NCBI GenBank assembly: GCA_044868145.1
Contig: JBIOWE010000006.1
Coordinates: forward strand, 218,835-282,834
Direction: 5' to 3'
From: Patescibacteria group bacterium
GTDB lineage: Bacteria; Patescibacteriota; Patescibacteriia; UBA10025; JBIOWE01
Length of the DNA: 64,000 nucleotides
Positions 17,492 to 26,585 of this stretch are shown piece after piece (position 1 is the stretch's first letter; every line of letters begins with the position of its first letter). Made by a program: the position numbers and the translations under genes. Below the pieces are notes generated by a model, which saw only the letters and a list, made by a program, of their open reading frames with translations, made no database searches and was not told where the DNA came from.

Positions 17492-17556
17492 ATAGATACT
17501 GTATTGTAACGCATTATTTGTAAATCAAAAAGAGCCATCCTGCTACGCGGTGTCGC

Positions 17557-19209
17557 CTATAATTTGGCTATTTGCCCGGGTCTTAATGGCTGGAAATGGT
17601 TAGCGGGTGTTGGCGTCTGAGGTTTTTGGACAGGACCGCGGGGTTTATTTTCGAGAGTCCGCTGCTCCACCCGTTGGAGATTCGGACGTGCTTTTTTAAA
17701 CGGCAGCGGTTCTCGTGCTAATGCGTCTTTTAGAGAAATGCTTTGTTCCTGAGATTCGATGATGACCGGCTCGGTGTTTTTTGGAGGTGAAAACGGTATC
17801 TCTGGTTTGTTTATTTTCTTCACGTCTTGGCTGCGCCGTCGAGTCTTCCCTTCTGGGGTGTAGGCAGATTCGCTTGGTCGATATGCCGTGTTTTCTTCAT
17901 CCGCAGCTCCGGCGTACATTTCTGTTACGCCGCTCCATCGGAGAATTCTTTCTTCAACGATTGTGCGCGGTGTTCCGTAGCGCTCTTGGGATGCGCGAAT
18001 AACTTTTTCTCGATTGTTTGTTTTTCCCTCTAATGGAGGTAGGGTTGTTGCCGAAAACGGTTCGGATGCGACGCCATCAATCATAAGTTTCATGGCAACT
18101 TCATATTTCGCAAGGTTAAGTAAATCCTCTTCGGCGAAAATCGGAAAAAATTCTTTCGCAAGAAATTCGGCGTCAGCTGCACCGATACGAAAACACGTGA
18201 TTGTACCGACATTGCCGAAGACGGCAGCCTGAACTTCTTCCTCGAGTTGCTCGATGTATTGATGAGCAATAATAAGATTGAGCCGGTATTTTCGAGCTTC
18301 GGAAAGAATACTGGCAAAACTTTCTGTCGCAAAGTTTTGAAACTCGTCTACGTAAAGATAGAAATCTTTTCGTTCAGATTCCGGAATGTTCACTCGGCTC
18401 ATGGCAGCAAGCTGCAGTTTTGTAACAAGCATTGCCCCAAGGAGAGCGGAATTATCTTCACCAATGCGCCCCTTTGAAAGATTGATGAGTAAGATTTTTT
18501 GATTATCCATTGCTTCGCGGAGATTAACCGCGCTTTTCGGCTGTCCGACGATATTACGAATGATAGCGCCTGAAAGGAATTGCCCAACTTTATTTTGTAT
18601 TGGCGCGATTGCCTCGTTACGGAATTTTTCATTGTATGACGAAAATTCGTGCAACCAAAATCCTTTGACGATCGGGTCGCTGATTTTTTCGACAACTTTT
18701 TTTCGAAACGCTTTGTCAACGAGGATACGAGCAATGCCCAACATTGTTGAACCCGGATATTCCAACAAGGCGAGAATGCAATTGTTCAAAATATATTCCA
18801 TACGAGCACTCCACACCCCGGCCCAAATTTTTGTAAAAACGCCCATCAATCCTGAAGCAACCAGATGTCGCTCGTTTGGGTTGACGTTTTCAAGCACATT
18901 GAATCCGATGGGGTATTCGGTATCTGCCGGATTAAACACGATAACGTCATTGATTCGATATGAAGGGATAAAGTCGATAACTTTTTCAATGAGGTCTCCG
19001 TGAGGATCTACGACGGTAACGCCATTGCCCGCACGGATATCGGAAATAATCATATTTTCCAGAACGGTCGTCTTGCCCATTCCAGTTTTTCCGATCAGGT
19101 ACGTATGGCGACGGCGGTCGTCCCGCTTAATACCAAACTTTGTCCGCAAATTGCGGAAATTTGTTTCTGCAAAAAATGTAATTTCTCCGGGATCGGTTCG
19201 TATCTCCAT
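17557..19209 (-). CDS. Cytoplasmic P-loop ATPase resembling type IV secretion coupling proteins (TraD/TraG/VirD4 superfamily), without its own TM segment
   Basis: Walker A IGKTGMGKTT. Walker B LYVDEFQNF. The downstream LIIAHQYIEQL motif is typical of the T4CP family. No N-terminal TM helices. Confidence 0.6.
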   Translation of the reverse strand: MEIRTDPGEITFFAETNFRNLRTKFGIKRDDRRRHTYLIGKTGMGKTTVLENMIISDIRAGNGVTVVDPHGDLIEKVIDFIPSYRINDVIVFNPADTEYPIGFNVLENVNPNERHLVASGLMGVFTKIWAGVWSARMEYILNNCILALLEYPGSTMLGIARILVDKAFRKKVVEKISDPIVKGFWLHEFSSYNEKFRNEAIAPIQNKVGQFLSGAIIRNIVGQPKSAVNLREAMDNQKILLINLSKGRIGEDNSALLGAMLVTKLQLAAMSRVNIPESERKDFYLYVDEFQNFATESFASILSEARKYRLNLIIAHQYIEQLEEEVQAAVFGNVGTITCFRIGAADAEFLAKEFFPIFAEEDLLNLAKYEVAMKLMIDGVASEPFSATTLPPLEGKTNNREKVIRASQERYGTPRTIVEERILRWSGVTEMYAGAADEENTAYRPSESAYTPEGKTRRRSQDVKKINKPEIPFSPPKNTEPVIIESQEQSISLKDALAREPLPFKKARPNLQRVEQRTLENKPRGPVQKPQTPTPANHFQPLRPGQIAKL

Positions 19210-19210
19210 C

Positions 19211-20587
19211 TTATTTTATCGGTAAGTTAAAAGGTTTAGGCGCGGTGCGCGCTGCATATACCGGTGAGGTTGGCGCAATTTGCTGGCCAGTTGGCAAGCG
19301 AATAGGTGGGCGTGCCTTCTTTGTTTCCGTACGCTGCACTGCGGGCACTTTAACCGTTTCGACGGGGAAGTGCCAGAGACTTGCTAGTTCTTCCACGTTC
19401 AGGATCATGGTAGTTCTTCCGCGTCTGAGTGCGCGCGATCGATAGCCCCAGAGGATTCTGCGTTGACGCGTAAGGATACGTTGCTTGATGAAGAAATAAT
19501 CGGCGGTCGACATCGTCTTTTTATGCGGGATAATGCTGTTTAAGTCCTGTGTGTTGAACTGGTTCATTGCACCGGATAAGGCGTTCGCTGCCTTTACCTT
19601 GTCGTAAACGTCTCTACGCGCGAAGTACACGAGTCGAATCTTAGTTTTAAATGCTAATCTGCCAATTTTGTATCCGATTGCTTCGACGATATTACGTTCT
19701 GACGGCGGCATGTGCTGCATAAGAGACGGCAGCTTTTGGTCTGTTTTTCGCGTTTGCTCGAACTCGGAAGGGGCTATGATAGAGGCGGTCAGCGATTCGG
19801 TAATGCCCTGCGTAACTTGCCGAGGAATGTATGTCCAATCTTCGGACTGCGACGACTTTGCGCCTATCAGTTTTTTAATCAAAGTAACGCCTTTTCGTGC
19901 CCAGTCCGCAGCGAGCGGAGCGACAATGATTTGAAACCATACTTGTTCCGTAGGACCCAGCCGGCTTATCATTTCGAGAAACGACGCCATAGGATCCATG
20001 AAGGTTTGAGTCAGTGAATGCTCGAACATCGGGTATGTACGAATGGGATACGGATCGGATTTTGTGAAACGGTATTCCGTCCCCCAAAGGTCATAGTCCT
20101 TGTGCGGCAATTCAAGGGGTCTTGGCATCATGTCGACATAATCTTCGATTTCCGTGATTTCGGCATCAGGGTATTGTGCGTAGATGGATGCTTCCACCAG
20201 GTCCCGGAATTTTACAGGTGTGCGAATGGCAAATTGGATATACCCGGCGATTCCGATAATCTCGAAACTAATTGCGTTCGCGTCTTGGGTGTAACCTTTC
20301 CCATAGCGATCCCAGATTGTGCCCTTCCGGATGGTGCCGTAAATATGTTCAAACAAATGCTCTACGGCTTTTGGGCTTTGTTCGTTCAATTTAGGTATGT
20401 CAAGAGCAAGGATTGTGTGCTCGATAGAAAATTCATATTTATTGCGAATGTATGTCTTCCATCCGTCCCAGATTCCAAGGAGTATCGTAATAAGAATTAA
20501 AATCCATCCCCCGCTTTGGATAAGAAGCCAGGTGATGACAAATGGGTTTTGAGCAAGCTGGAATGCAGTTAGATCGAGTTCGATCAT
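19211..20587 (-). CDS. Membrane protein of unknown function (N-terminal TM), translationally coupled to the T4CP-like ATPase
   Basis: TM helix WILILITILLGIW near the N-terminus. The stop/start overlaps with both the upstream and downstream genes. Confidence 0.5.
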   Translation of the reverse strand: MIELDLTAFQLAQNPFVITWLLIQSGGWILILITILLGIWDGWKTYIRNKYEFSIEHTILALDIPKLNEQSPKAVEHLFEHIYGTIRKGTIWDRYGKGYTQDANAISFEIIGIAGYIQFAIRTPVKFRDLVEASIYAQYPDAEITEIEDYVDMMPRPLELPHKDYDLWGTEYRFTKSDPYPIRTYPMFEHSLTQTFMDPMASFLEMISRLGPTEQVWFQIIVAPLAADWARKGVTLIKKLIGAKSSQSEDWTYIPRQVTQGITESLTASIIAPSEFEQTRKTDQKLPSLMQHMPPSERNIVEAIGYKIGRLAFKTKIRLVYFARRDVYDKVKAANALSGAMNQFNTQDLNSIIPHKKTMSTADYFFIKQRILTRQRRILWGYRSRALRRGRTTMILNVEELASLWHFPVETVKVPAVQRTETKKARPPIRLPTGQQIAPTSPVYAARTAPKPFNLPIK

Positions 20588-21726
20588 GATGTTTTTTGTT
20601 CCGGTATTTTTTTTGTTTTAACGGTGTATTTTCCGTCTTGGAGACGCGCAAACCGGTCTTTATTGGTAAGGGCAAGAACAATCGTATTTTCTTTCACAAC
20701 CCGGCGCTCAAGCACTTTTTTGACCAAATCGTTTCGTGTCAGTGGCTGTTCGGCTTCAAGGAGTATCTGCTCAATCACTTCAGCCACAACGCCAGGTTTA
20801 TATCCCCATTCCTTGAGAGCATACATACCTCGGCCAACGAGAACATACTGGCCATTGAGAATAAGTTCATTATGAACGGTTGGCGGGTGAGCTCTACGTT
20901 TGTCGAAGTGTATCTCATTAATTCTTTTTGTGATTTCCGTAAAGTGCATGGGGCGCCCGGTTTTCTTTAGGATCAGGTATATCTTATCGTTCATGCGCTT
21001 CGGTTTAATGGTCCCCCATTCCGCAAGACCATAGTCGCCAAAGGGGTTCTTCGCGATATGTTGACTTATTGCGAGATATGAATCAATAACATCGTCGGTA
21101 AAAAGTGATACGTGCGTCTTGTAAAGGTCGGATTCACGAAACGCTTTCACGAGAGCATCAAAGGCAATGGTCTTACCGTATTTCTTAATAATATCTTCGA
21201 GTATTGCTACGGATTGCTCAAACACACGTAAAGGTGCCGTTTGCACATGCCAGAAACGATGATATTGCTTGTCTGCCGGTTTTTGCTTGAAAACCTCCTG
21301 GAGAATTTCACTTAGGAGGAAGAGTGTATTATTTTTATTCGCGTCATTGATTCCCGTGACTTCGAGCAGCTTTGAGAGAAGAAGTTCCTCCGCCATGATT
21401 CTGCCGTGCTGTTCTAATATTTGGCTTATAGTAAGTTCGACTGGACGAACGATTTGCTGAAACATTTTTTGTCCTTTGATTTTCGTCGTGCCAGTTTTTT
21501 CAATCTGACGGATCCGTTCGCGCGTCACAGAATAGGTCGCTCCGATTTGTTCAAGTGTTTCTTCTGGTTTGCCAGTAAGTCCGAAACGTCGACGCAAAAC
21601 GTCCTCTTCACGGGGCAGAAGAGGTTTCAGTAATTGGTTGACTACCTCAACAGGATTGAATTGTTCAATGTTGCTTACCTGTTGGCTCTGTATTATTTTT
21701 TCGAGGATTGAATTTTTTTCTTCCAT
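20584..21726 (-). CDS. Sigma-70 region-4-like HTH domain protein with a ~280-aa C-terminal domain of unknown function (not a complete sigma factor)
   Basis: LPREEDVLRRRFGLTGKPEETLEQIGATYSVTRERIRQIEKTG matches sigma70 region 4.2. No region 2 is present. The likely start is MEEKNS at 21726, because the promoter at 21766-21794 lies inside the longer ORF-track start (21786). Confidence 0.55.
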   Translation of the reverse strand: MEEKNSILEKIIQSQQVSNIEQFNPVEVVNQLLKPLLPREEDVLRRRFGLTGKPEETLEQIGATYSVTRERIRQIEKTGTTKIKGQKMFQQIVRPVELTISQILEQHGRIMAEELLLSKLLEVTGINDANKNNTLFLLSEILQEVFKQKPADKQYHRFWHVQTAPLRVFEQSVAILEDIIKKYGKTIAFDALVKAFRESDLYKTHVSLFTDDVIDSYLAISQHIAKNPFGDYGLAEWGTIKPKRMNDKIYLILKKTGRPMHFTEITKRINEIHFDKRRAHPPTVHNELILNGQYVLVGRGMYALKEWGYKPGVVAEVIEQILLEAEQPLTRNDLVKKVLERRVVKENTIVLALTNKDRFARLQDGKYTVKTKKIPEQKTS

Positions 21727-21765
21727 AAAATATGCAACGAAAACGTCATTTTTATTTTCGAACTT

Positions 21766-21794
21766 AGTATAGCATACTTTTGACATTGTGTCAA
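21766..21794 (-). promoter_or_regulatory. Consensus sigma70 promoter (minus strand): TTGACA, 17-nt spacer, TATACT
   Basis: -35 is the reverse complement of 21789-21794. -10 is the reverse complement of 21766-21771. It is preceded on the minus strand by a hairpin (ACCTTGTT..AACAAGGT, 21818-21841) plus a T-run that could terminate secDF. Confidence 0.6.
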
Positions 21795-21851
21795 GAGTTA
21801 AGTAGAAAATATAAAAGACCTTGTTCTGAACATAACAAGGTTTAGCTTAAG

Positions 21852-22745
21852 TTACTTTCGCCGCCAACTATTCCAAACGACGAGCAGAGGTGAAGCGACG
21901 AAGATCGAAGAATAGGTGCCTGCCGTAATTCCGATAATGAGTGCTAGGATGAAATGTCGAGTAGTATCGCCGCCGAACGCCAAAAGTGCAAGGAGAACAA
22001 GCAGCGTGGTGAACGATGTGCTGAGCGATCGCACGAGGGTTTGGTTCACGCTTCGATTCACGATTTCTTCGAAAGGTTCTCCATGCGAGGTCAACAATTG
22101 TTCACGGATACGGTCGAAGACAACGATAGTGTCGTGTACCGAGAAACCGAGAACGGTCAGAAGGGCAGAAACGAACAGACTATCGACCTGCACGTGAAAA
22201 AATCTTCCTAAGAGCGAGAATACACCAATAACAATAAAAACGTCGTGAACTAGCGCGACAACAGCGCACGCCCCATAGACCCATGAGGGTACCGGTCCAG
22301 CAGAAACTTTACGGAACGCGAAGGAGATATATAAAACGATGAATATAAGTACCAGGATGATAGCGATGACCGCGCGATGTTGTAATTCCTTGCCAAGCGT
22401 TGGGCCAATTGATTCAAAGCTTTTTTCTTGGACGTTGCCAAATTGTTCGGTTAGCTTGCTGAGGATTTCGTCTTTTGTCGCGTTGTCAATATTCTTCATA
22501 CGAATGGTCATCTCGTTTTGTCCGAGTGGCTGAATGACGGTTGTACCAAGATCCATGTCCTTAACAGTGTTTTCTACGGATTGGCTATCTGGTCTTGTTG
22601 CAGCGAACTCAACGCGCAGTAATGTGCCTCCCGTAAAGTCTATCCCGAGCGGTAAGCCCCAGATAAATAAAGAAATAAGGCCGGGGACGAGTAATAACCC
22701 CGAGAGAATGAAGAAGAAATTTCTTTTTTGGATAATCCGATACAT
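21852..22745 (-). CDS. secF: Protein translocase subunit SecF
   Basis: GIDFTGGTLLRVEF motif and 6 TM helices. Start probably at MYRIIQ (22745). Confidence 0.85.
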   Translation of the reverse strand: MYRIIQKRNFFFILSGLLLVPGLISLFIWGLPLGIDFTGGTLLRVEFAATRPDSQSVENTVKDMDLGTTVIQPLGQNEMTIRMKNIDNATKDEILSKLTEQFGNVQEKSFESIGPTLGKELQHRAVIAIILVLIFIVLYISFAFRKVSAGPVPSWVYGACAVVALVHDVFIVIGVFSLLGRFFHVQVDSLFVSALLTVLGFSVHDTIVVFDRIREQLLTSHGEPFEEIVNRSVNQTLVRSLSTSFTTLLVLLALLAFGGDTTRHFILALIIGITAGTYSSIFVASPLLVVWNSWRRK

Positions 22746-22746
22746 A

Positions 22747-24441
22747 TTAGTGGGTGTTTTTCTGAGTTTCACGCAGCCCAAATAATTTACCTTTTTTTTG
22801 CAGATGTTCTGTTAAAAGAAGGCGCATGAATGTCCTGGTAATTGTTATTGCAGAGAACATGCTGACGAGAATCCCGATAGCAAGTGTTATGGCAAATCCC
22901 TTAATGACTGATGTACCAAACCACGCGAGAATGAGGCATGAAAGAAGACTCGAGGCATTTGAGTCGCGTATGGACGGCCAAGCTCGCTTGAACCCCTCTT
23001 CTATAGCCTGCGCCAGTGTTCTTCCCGCTCGTAATTCCTCGCGCGTCCGCTCGAAGATCAAAATATTCGCGTCAACGGCCATGCCTATCGACAGTATAAA
23101 TCCTGCCACCCCGGCCAAGGACAGTGTAATGGATAGAAGTTTGAACAACATGAGCGCAATGAGCGCGTAGAGCGTTAGGGCGACAACCGATAACAACCCG
23201 GGTAGTCGATAGTACACAATCATGAACACGGAGACGAACAGTAGCCCGAGAATGCCAGCGAGAAAACTGCGTTCAACCGATATTTTTCCAAGAGTCGGGC
23301 CAACGTTGTTTTGGCTCGCCAAGCTAATGGGCACTGGGAGCGCACCCGCGTTTAACCGTTGGGCCAATTGCTTTGCTTCATCAAGCGTAAACTTGCCGGT
23401 GATGACTGCCTGACCACCACTGATTTTTTCATTCACGCGAGGAAGAGATATAGGGCTCCCGTCAAGAAAGATGCCTACTACTTTTCCGACGTTGCGCTGC
23501 GTAATTTCCTCAAATAGCTTCGAACCCTCGCTGTCGAATTGCAATGAAACTTGAGGCTCCCCAGTGTTTTGATCGAACTGCACGGTGGCCGATTTGAGTT
23601 GTTTGCCTGTCAGTTGTGTCGGAGAAAAATCTGAAGCCTGATCAGGGTTTAGTGACTTTTTTATAAATAAAATATGGCTCGAGCGAACTTCGCGCACGCC
23701 GTTGTTATTGCGTTCGTCAGTTTTTTTGATGATGTGGTATCCGAACTGACTTTCTACGACTTCCGTGTAGACCTTTCCCGTCTCAAGCTTATCGAAGATG
23801 ATGTCCTCAAATTCCGGAACGAGTTGGCCGCGCTGCGTAAAATCAAGGTCTCCGCCTTTTTTCGAGCCATCCTGCGTACTGGTATTACCCGGATCTTCAG
23901 AAAACTCGTCGGCGAGTTTCGCAAAGTCTTCACCTGCAAGCGCGCGTTTGAGAACGTCCTCCGCTTTTTTCTTCTGGCTAGCATTGAACGTTTCTCTGCT
24001 TGCTTTTTCTTCATCCGAAAGTGGGGCTACTTCTTTTTGCTCTTTGAATTCAAGGAGAGGAGTTTCCCCGATAAGGAGTATCGCTTCATTGACGTCTTGG
24101 ATACCTGGTAATTCAACGATAACCCGCCAGTTATCGCCTACTTTTGTGGTTTGAACAACTGGTTCGGAAACGCCAAACGCATTGACTCGACGTTCGATGA
24201 CATCTCGCACGCCGTCAAGCGCTCCTTGTCGGTCCGACGCAGGAATATTGGATACATCTGCATCGTACACAAGGCGCGTTCCTCCGAGCAGATCAAGGCC
24301 GAGCTTTACTTTCAGCTCTTTGGTGAATGAACCGATTTTTATGTTCGGACCTTTTGGCCAGTCGACAGTGCCCGCGAGAATAGCAATGACGACTATGATG
24401 CCGAACGTCAGCCAAACTCGTTTACGGAGAGTCATAATCAA
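22747..24441 (-). CDS. secD: Protein translocase subunit SecD with a parvulin (PpiC-type PPIase) domain inserted in periplasmic loop P1
   Basis: SecD TM1 and TM2-6 core are present. Inside P1: EDFAKLADEFSEDPGNTSTQDGSKKGGDLDFTQRGQLVPEFEDIIFDKLETGKVYTEVVESQFGYHIIK, which matches the PpiC/PrsA/SurA parvulin signature. Confidence 0.8.
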   Translation of the reverse strand: MIMTLRKRVWLTFGIIVVIAILAGTVDWPKGPNIKIGSFTKELKVKLGLDLLGGTRLVYDADVSNIPASDRQGALDGVRDVIERRVNAFGVSEPVVQTTKVGDNWRVIVELPGIQDVNEAILLIGETPLLEFKEQKEVAPLSDEEKASRETFNASQKKKAEDVLKRALAGEDFAKLADEFSEDPGNTSTQDGSKKGGDLDFTQRGQLVPEFEDIIFDKLETGKVYTEVVESQFGYHIIKKTDERNNNGVREVRSSHILFIKKSLNPDQASDFSPTQLTGKQLKSATVQFDQNTGEPQVSLQFDSEGSKLFEEITQRNVGKVVGIFLDGSPISLPRVNEKISGGQAVITGKFTLDEAKQLAQRLNAGALPVPISLASQNNVGPTLGKISVERSFLAGILGLLFVSVFMIVYYRLPGLLSVVALTLYALIALMLFKLLSITLSLAGVAGFILSIGMAVDANILIFERTREELRAGRTLAQAIEEGFKRAWPSIRDSNASSLLSCLILAWFGTSVIKGFAITLAIGILVSMFSAITITRTFMRLLLTEHLQKKGKLFGLRETQKNTH

Positions 24442-24506
24442 TAAAAAAAGACAAGGTTAGTCGAAATTTTTCCTTGCCTTACTATAGCAGTTTTTTTCTT
24501 CTCGCG

Positions 24507-25946
24507 CTAGTCATGCACAATGACGGTTGTGCCGACGCTTGCCCATTCATACAGTTTTTTTGAGTCGGCAAGCGATTGTCGCACGCACCCGTGCGAAACG
24601 CGAACGCCAAGGTGGTTTTCTCCCTCGTAGATCCTGCCGCCGGCAATTTTCCAATATGGCAGGGAGTGGATGCCATAGGCGCCATTACCGGCAAACGCCA
24701 TCCAATAGTCCATGTATAAGCTGTACGGTTTTGAATACGCGACAAGAATTTTATTGGTTGTTTTGAATGTCCCAAGCGGGGTGGGCATGCTCCACTTGCC
24801 AGTTGAAATACGGTGCTCGCCGATTTTCTGTCCATTTTCATAGTAGCGCAACATCTGCTCGGAAATATCAATATCAATGTATTTGGCTAGATCTTGTCTC
24901 CCTTCGGCAATTCGGCGTGTCGGTCCGACGATTAAGGTGTTATCGCCCGTACCAAAATCAGCTTCGGCTATGGAAACACCGCCGCGGAACTCTCTTTCAT
25001 AAGCGAAAAAGTTCATTGCGAGAGGTGTACCGTCAATTTCAAAGCTCCGTACGTGCGGCGCGCCTGTTTGACCCGCGGCCGCGACAATTTCGTCAAAGCC
25101 ATCATTGTCCACGTCGGCGCCAGTAACGGTTGCGCCTCCTGTAAATTGAGTTGGAAAGGCAGTAAACTGTCCGAGTACCTGGTTGGTTGAGAGTTTTATG
25201 ACTTTGATCCACGCGCTATCATAGCGGGCAACGGAGAAAATAAGTTCATCGTCGGGTCCGCCGTCAACATTTGCCGCGGCAAGGTTCACGCCGCCCTTGA
25301 AATCTTGATGGAATACGTAAAAGTCTTTGTTGAGGGATTGGCCAAAACGGTTAAAAACGCGAATATGCGGACCACCGCCTGCACCTGGCGCGGTAATAAT
25401 TTCTGGCAGGCCTGACCCATCAATGTCCGCAACGGCGACGTTGACGCCACCGCGAAATGTCGTGTCATACGCGAAAAATCCTGGGGTAAACACTGGTGTA
25501 CCGTATCGGTCAAAAATGCGCACCTGCGGTGCAGCCCCAAACTTTGTGCCGGTCACAATTTCCGCTTGTCCGTCTCCGTCCAGATCGCCGCAAGCAACAG
25601 TAACGCCGGCCCGCATCTTTTGGTCATATGCAAAAAAACCTGGGGTGAACACGGTTGCACCATCATGATTGAATATCCTAACCTGTGGACCGCCGCCCGG
25701 ACCAGCTCCCGTAATAATCTCGTCTATACCATCGCCGTCTAAATCGCAGGCCGTAACTGATGCACCGCCTCGGAAGATTTCCGGGTACGCAAGAAACGCG
25801 TGCTCCACAGTTCCACTAGTTGCGTCAATGATCTTTACCTCCGGCTCGCGCGTGTCCCCTGCGAGCGCCATTTTTGGTAACAAAAAAAGTATTGCGCTTA
25901 CAAAAGCCAATACTCCTAATGCTTCGAATACTTCCCTTTTGCTCAT
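24507..25946 (-). CDS. Secreted FG-GAP (integrin-alpha-like) beta-propeller repeat protein fused to a C-terminal L,D-transpeptidase (YkuD) domain
   Basis: Signal peptide. Six or more repeats of DxDGDGxxE/FG-GAP type (CDLDGDGIDEIITG, CGDLDGDGQAEIVTG, ADIDGSGLPEIITA, ...). C-terminal catalytic motif VRVSHGCVRQ, typical of YkuD L,D-transpeptidases. Confidence 0.75.
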   Translation of the reverse strand: MSKREVFEALGVLAFVSAILFLLPKMALAGDTREPEVKIIDATSGTVEHAFLAYPEIFRGGASVTACDLDGDGIDEIITGAGPGGGPQVRIFNHDGATVFTPGFFAYDQKMRAGVTVACGDLDGDGQAEIVTGTKFGAAPQVRIFDRYGTPVFTPGFFAYDTTFRGGVNVAVADIDGSGLPEIITAPGAGGGPHIRVFNRFGQSLNKDFYVFHQDFKGGVNLAAANVDGGPDDELIFSVARYDSAWIKVIKLSTNQVLGQFTAFPTQFTGGATVTGADVDNDGFDEIVAAAGQTGAPHVRSFEIDGTPLAMNFFAYEREFRGGVSIAEADFGTGDNTLIVGPTRRIAEGRQDLAKYIDIDISEQMLRYYENGQKIGEHRISTGKWSMPTPLGTFKTTNKILVAYSKPYSLYMDYWMAFAGNGAYGIHSLPYWKIAGGRIYEGENHLGVRVSHGCVRQSLADSKKLYEWASVGTTVIVHD

Positions 25947-26012
25947 GTTTTTATTTGTATTTTGCGAATTCTACCTTTATTCTAGCATATTTTTTTGTTT
26001 TTTGCAATATCG

Positions 26013-26585
26013 TTAGTTCTTTTTTACCAGCCCGTCAAATGCAATTTTCTCGTAATCCAACTCATTTATGCCGCTCAATTCGTATACCTGAAATGTCGAG
26101 AAGATTTTTTTATCATTCGGATTAAGTCCGAGCAGTGCAATGCCTTGGTCGACGTCAGGCCATGAATGGGCTTCGATTTCCAAATAGGGTTGCAGCGCAG
26201 GCCAGGTATCAATGTCAAACGTAATAGTATCCTTTACCCAGCGCGAACGACGATTTTCCTCGTAGAATTTTTCTATTAAACCAATGCTCTTGAGTAGAGT
26301 CCTTGTTTTTTCAAAGTCATTAACCTCTATTTCCATTTCCTTCATTCCTTTGTCGTTTCCCCCATGGGAACTCCGACCAAGCCGTTCTTTGTATCCCAAA
26401 GTTATGCGTGTACCTTCGTCCCGCAGGCGAATCCATGCTCCCTTGGCGTTCAGCCGTAAATCGGGGTAGTCAAAAACATAGCGTTTATAGAAAAAATCCC
26501 CTACTTTCTTTGCGCCAAGGGATAAGAGCTTTTTCTCAAGAGATAACTTGTCTATATTGAGGAATTTTACTTCAATTTCCTCCAT
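26013..26585 (-). CDS. CYTH-domain protein (CyaB/thiamine-triphosphatase-like triphosphate tunnel metalloenzyme)
   Basis: N-terminal EIEVKF motif and size consistent with CYTH domain proteins. Confidence 0.6.
   Translation of the reverse strand: MEEIEVKFLNIDKLSLEKKLLSLGAKKVGDFFYKRYVFDYPDLRLNAKGAWIRLRDEGTRITLGYKERLGRSSHGGNDKGMKEMEIEVNDFEKTRTLLKSIGLIEKFYEENRRSRWVKDTITFDIDTWPALQPYLEIEAHSWPDVDQGIALLGLNPNDKKIFSTFQVYELSGINELDYEKIAFDGLVKKN

Noticed and set aside
20584-21786. Calling the 400-aa product an RNA polymerase sigma factor
   Set aside because: Only a region 4.2-like HTH is present, and it sits at the N-terminus. Regions 2 and 3 are absent. The promoter at 21766-21794 also places the true start downstream of the ORF-track ATG.
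25327-26016. Two plus-strand ORFs (113 aa and 115 aa) antisense to the FG-GAP/L,D-transpeptidase gene
   Set aside because: Pro/Ala/Ser-rich antisense translation of a repetitive Gly/Asp-rich gene. The minus-strand product has clear domain homology.
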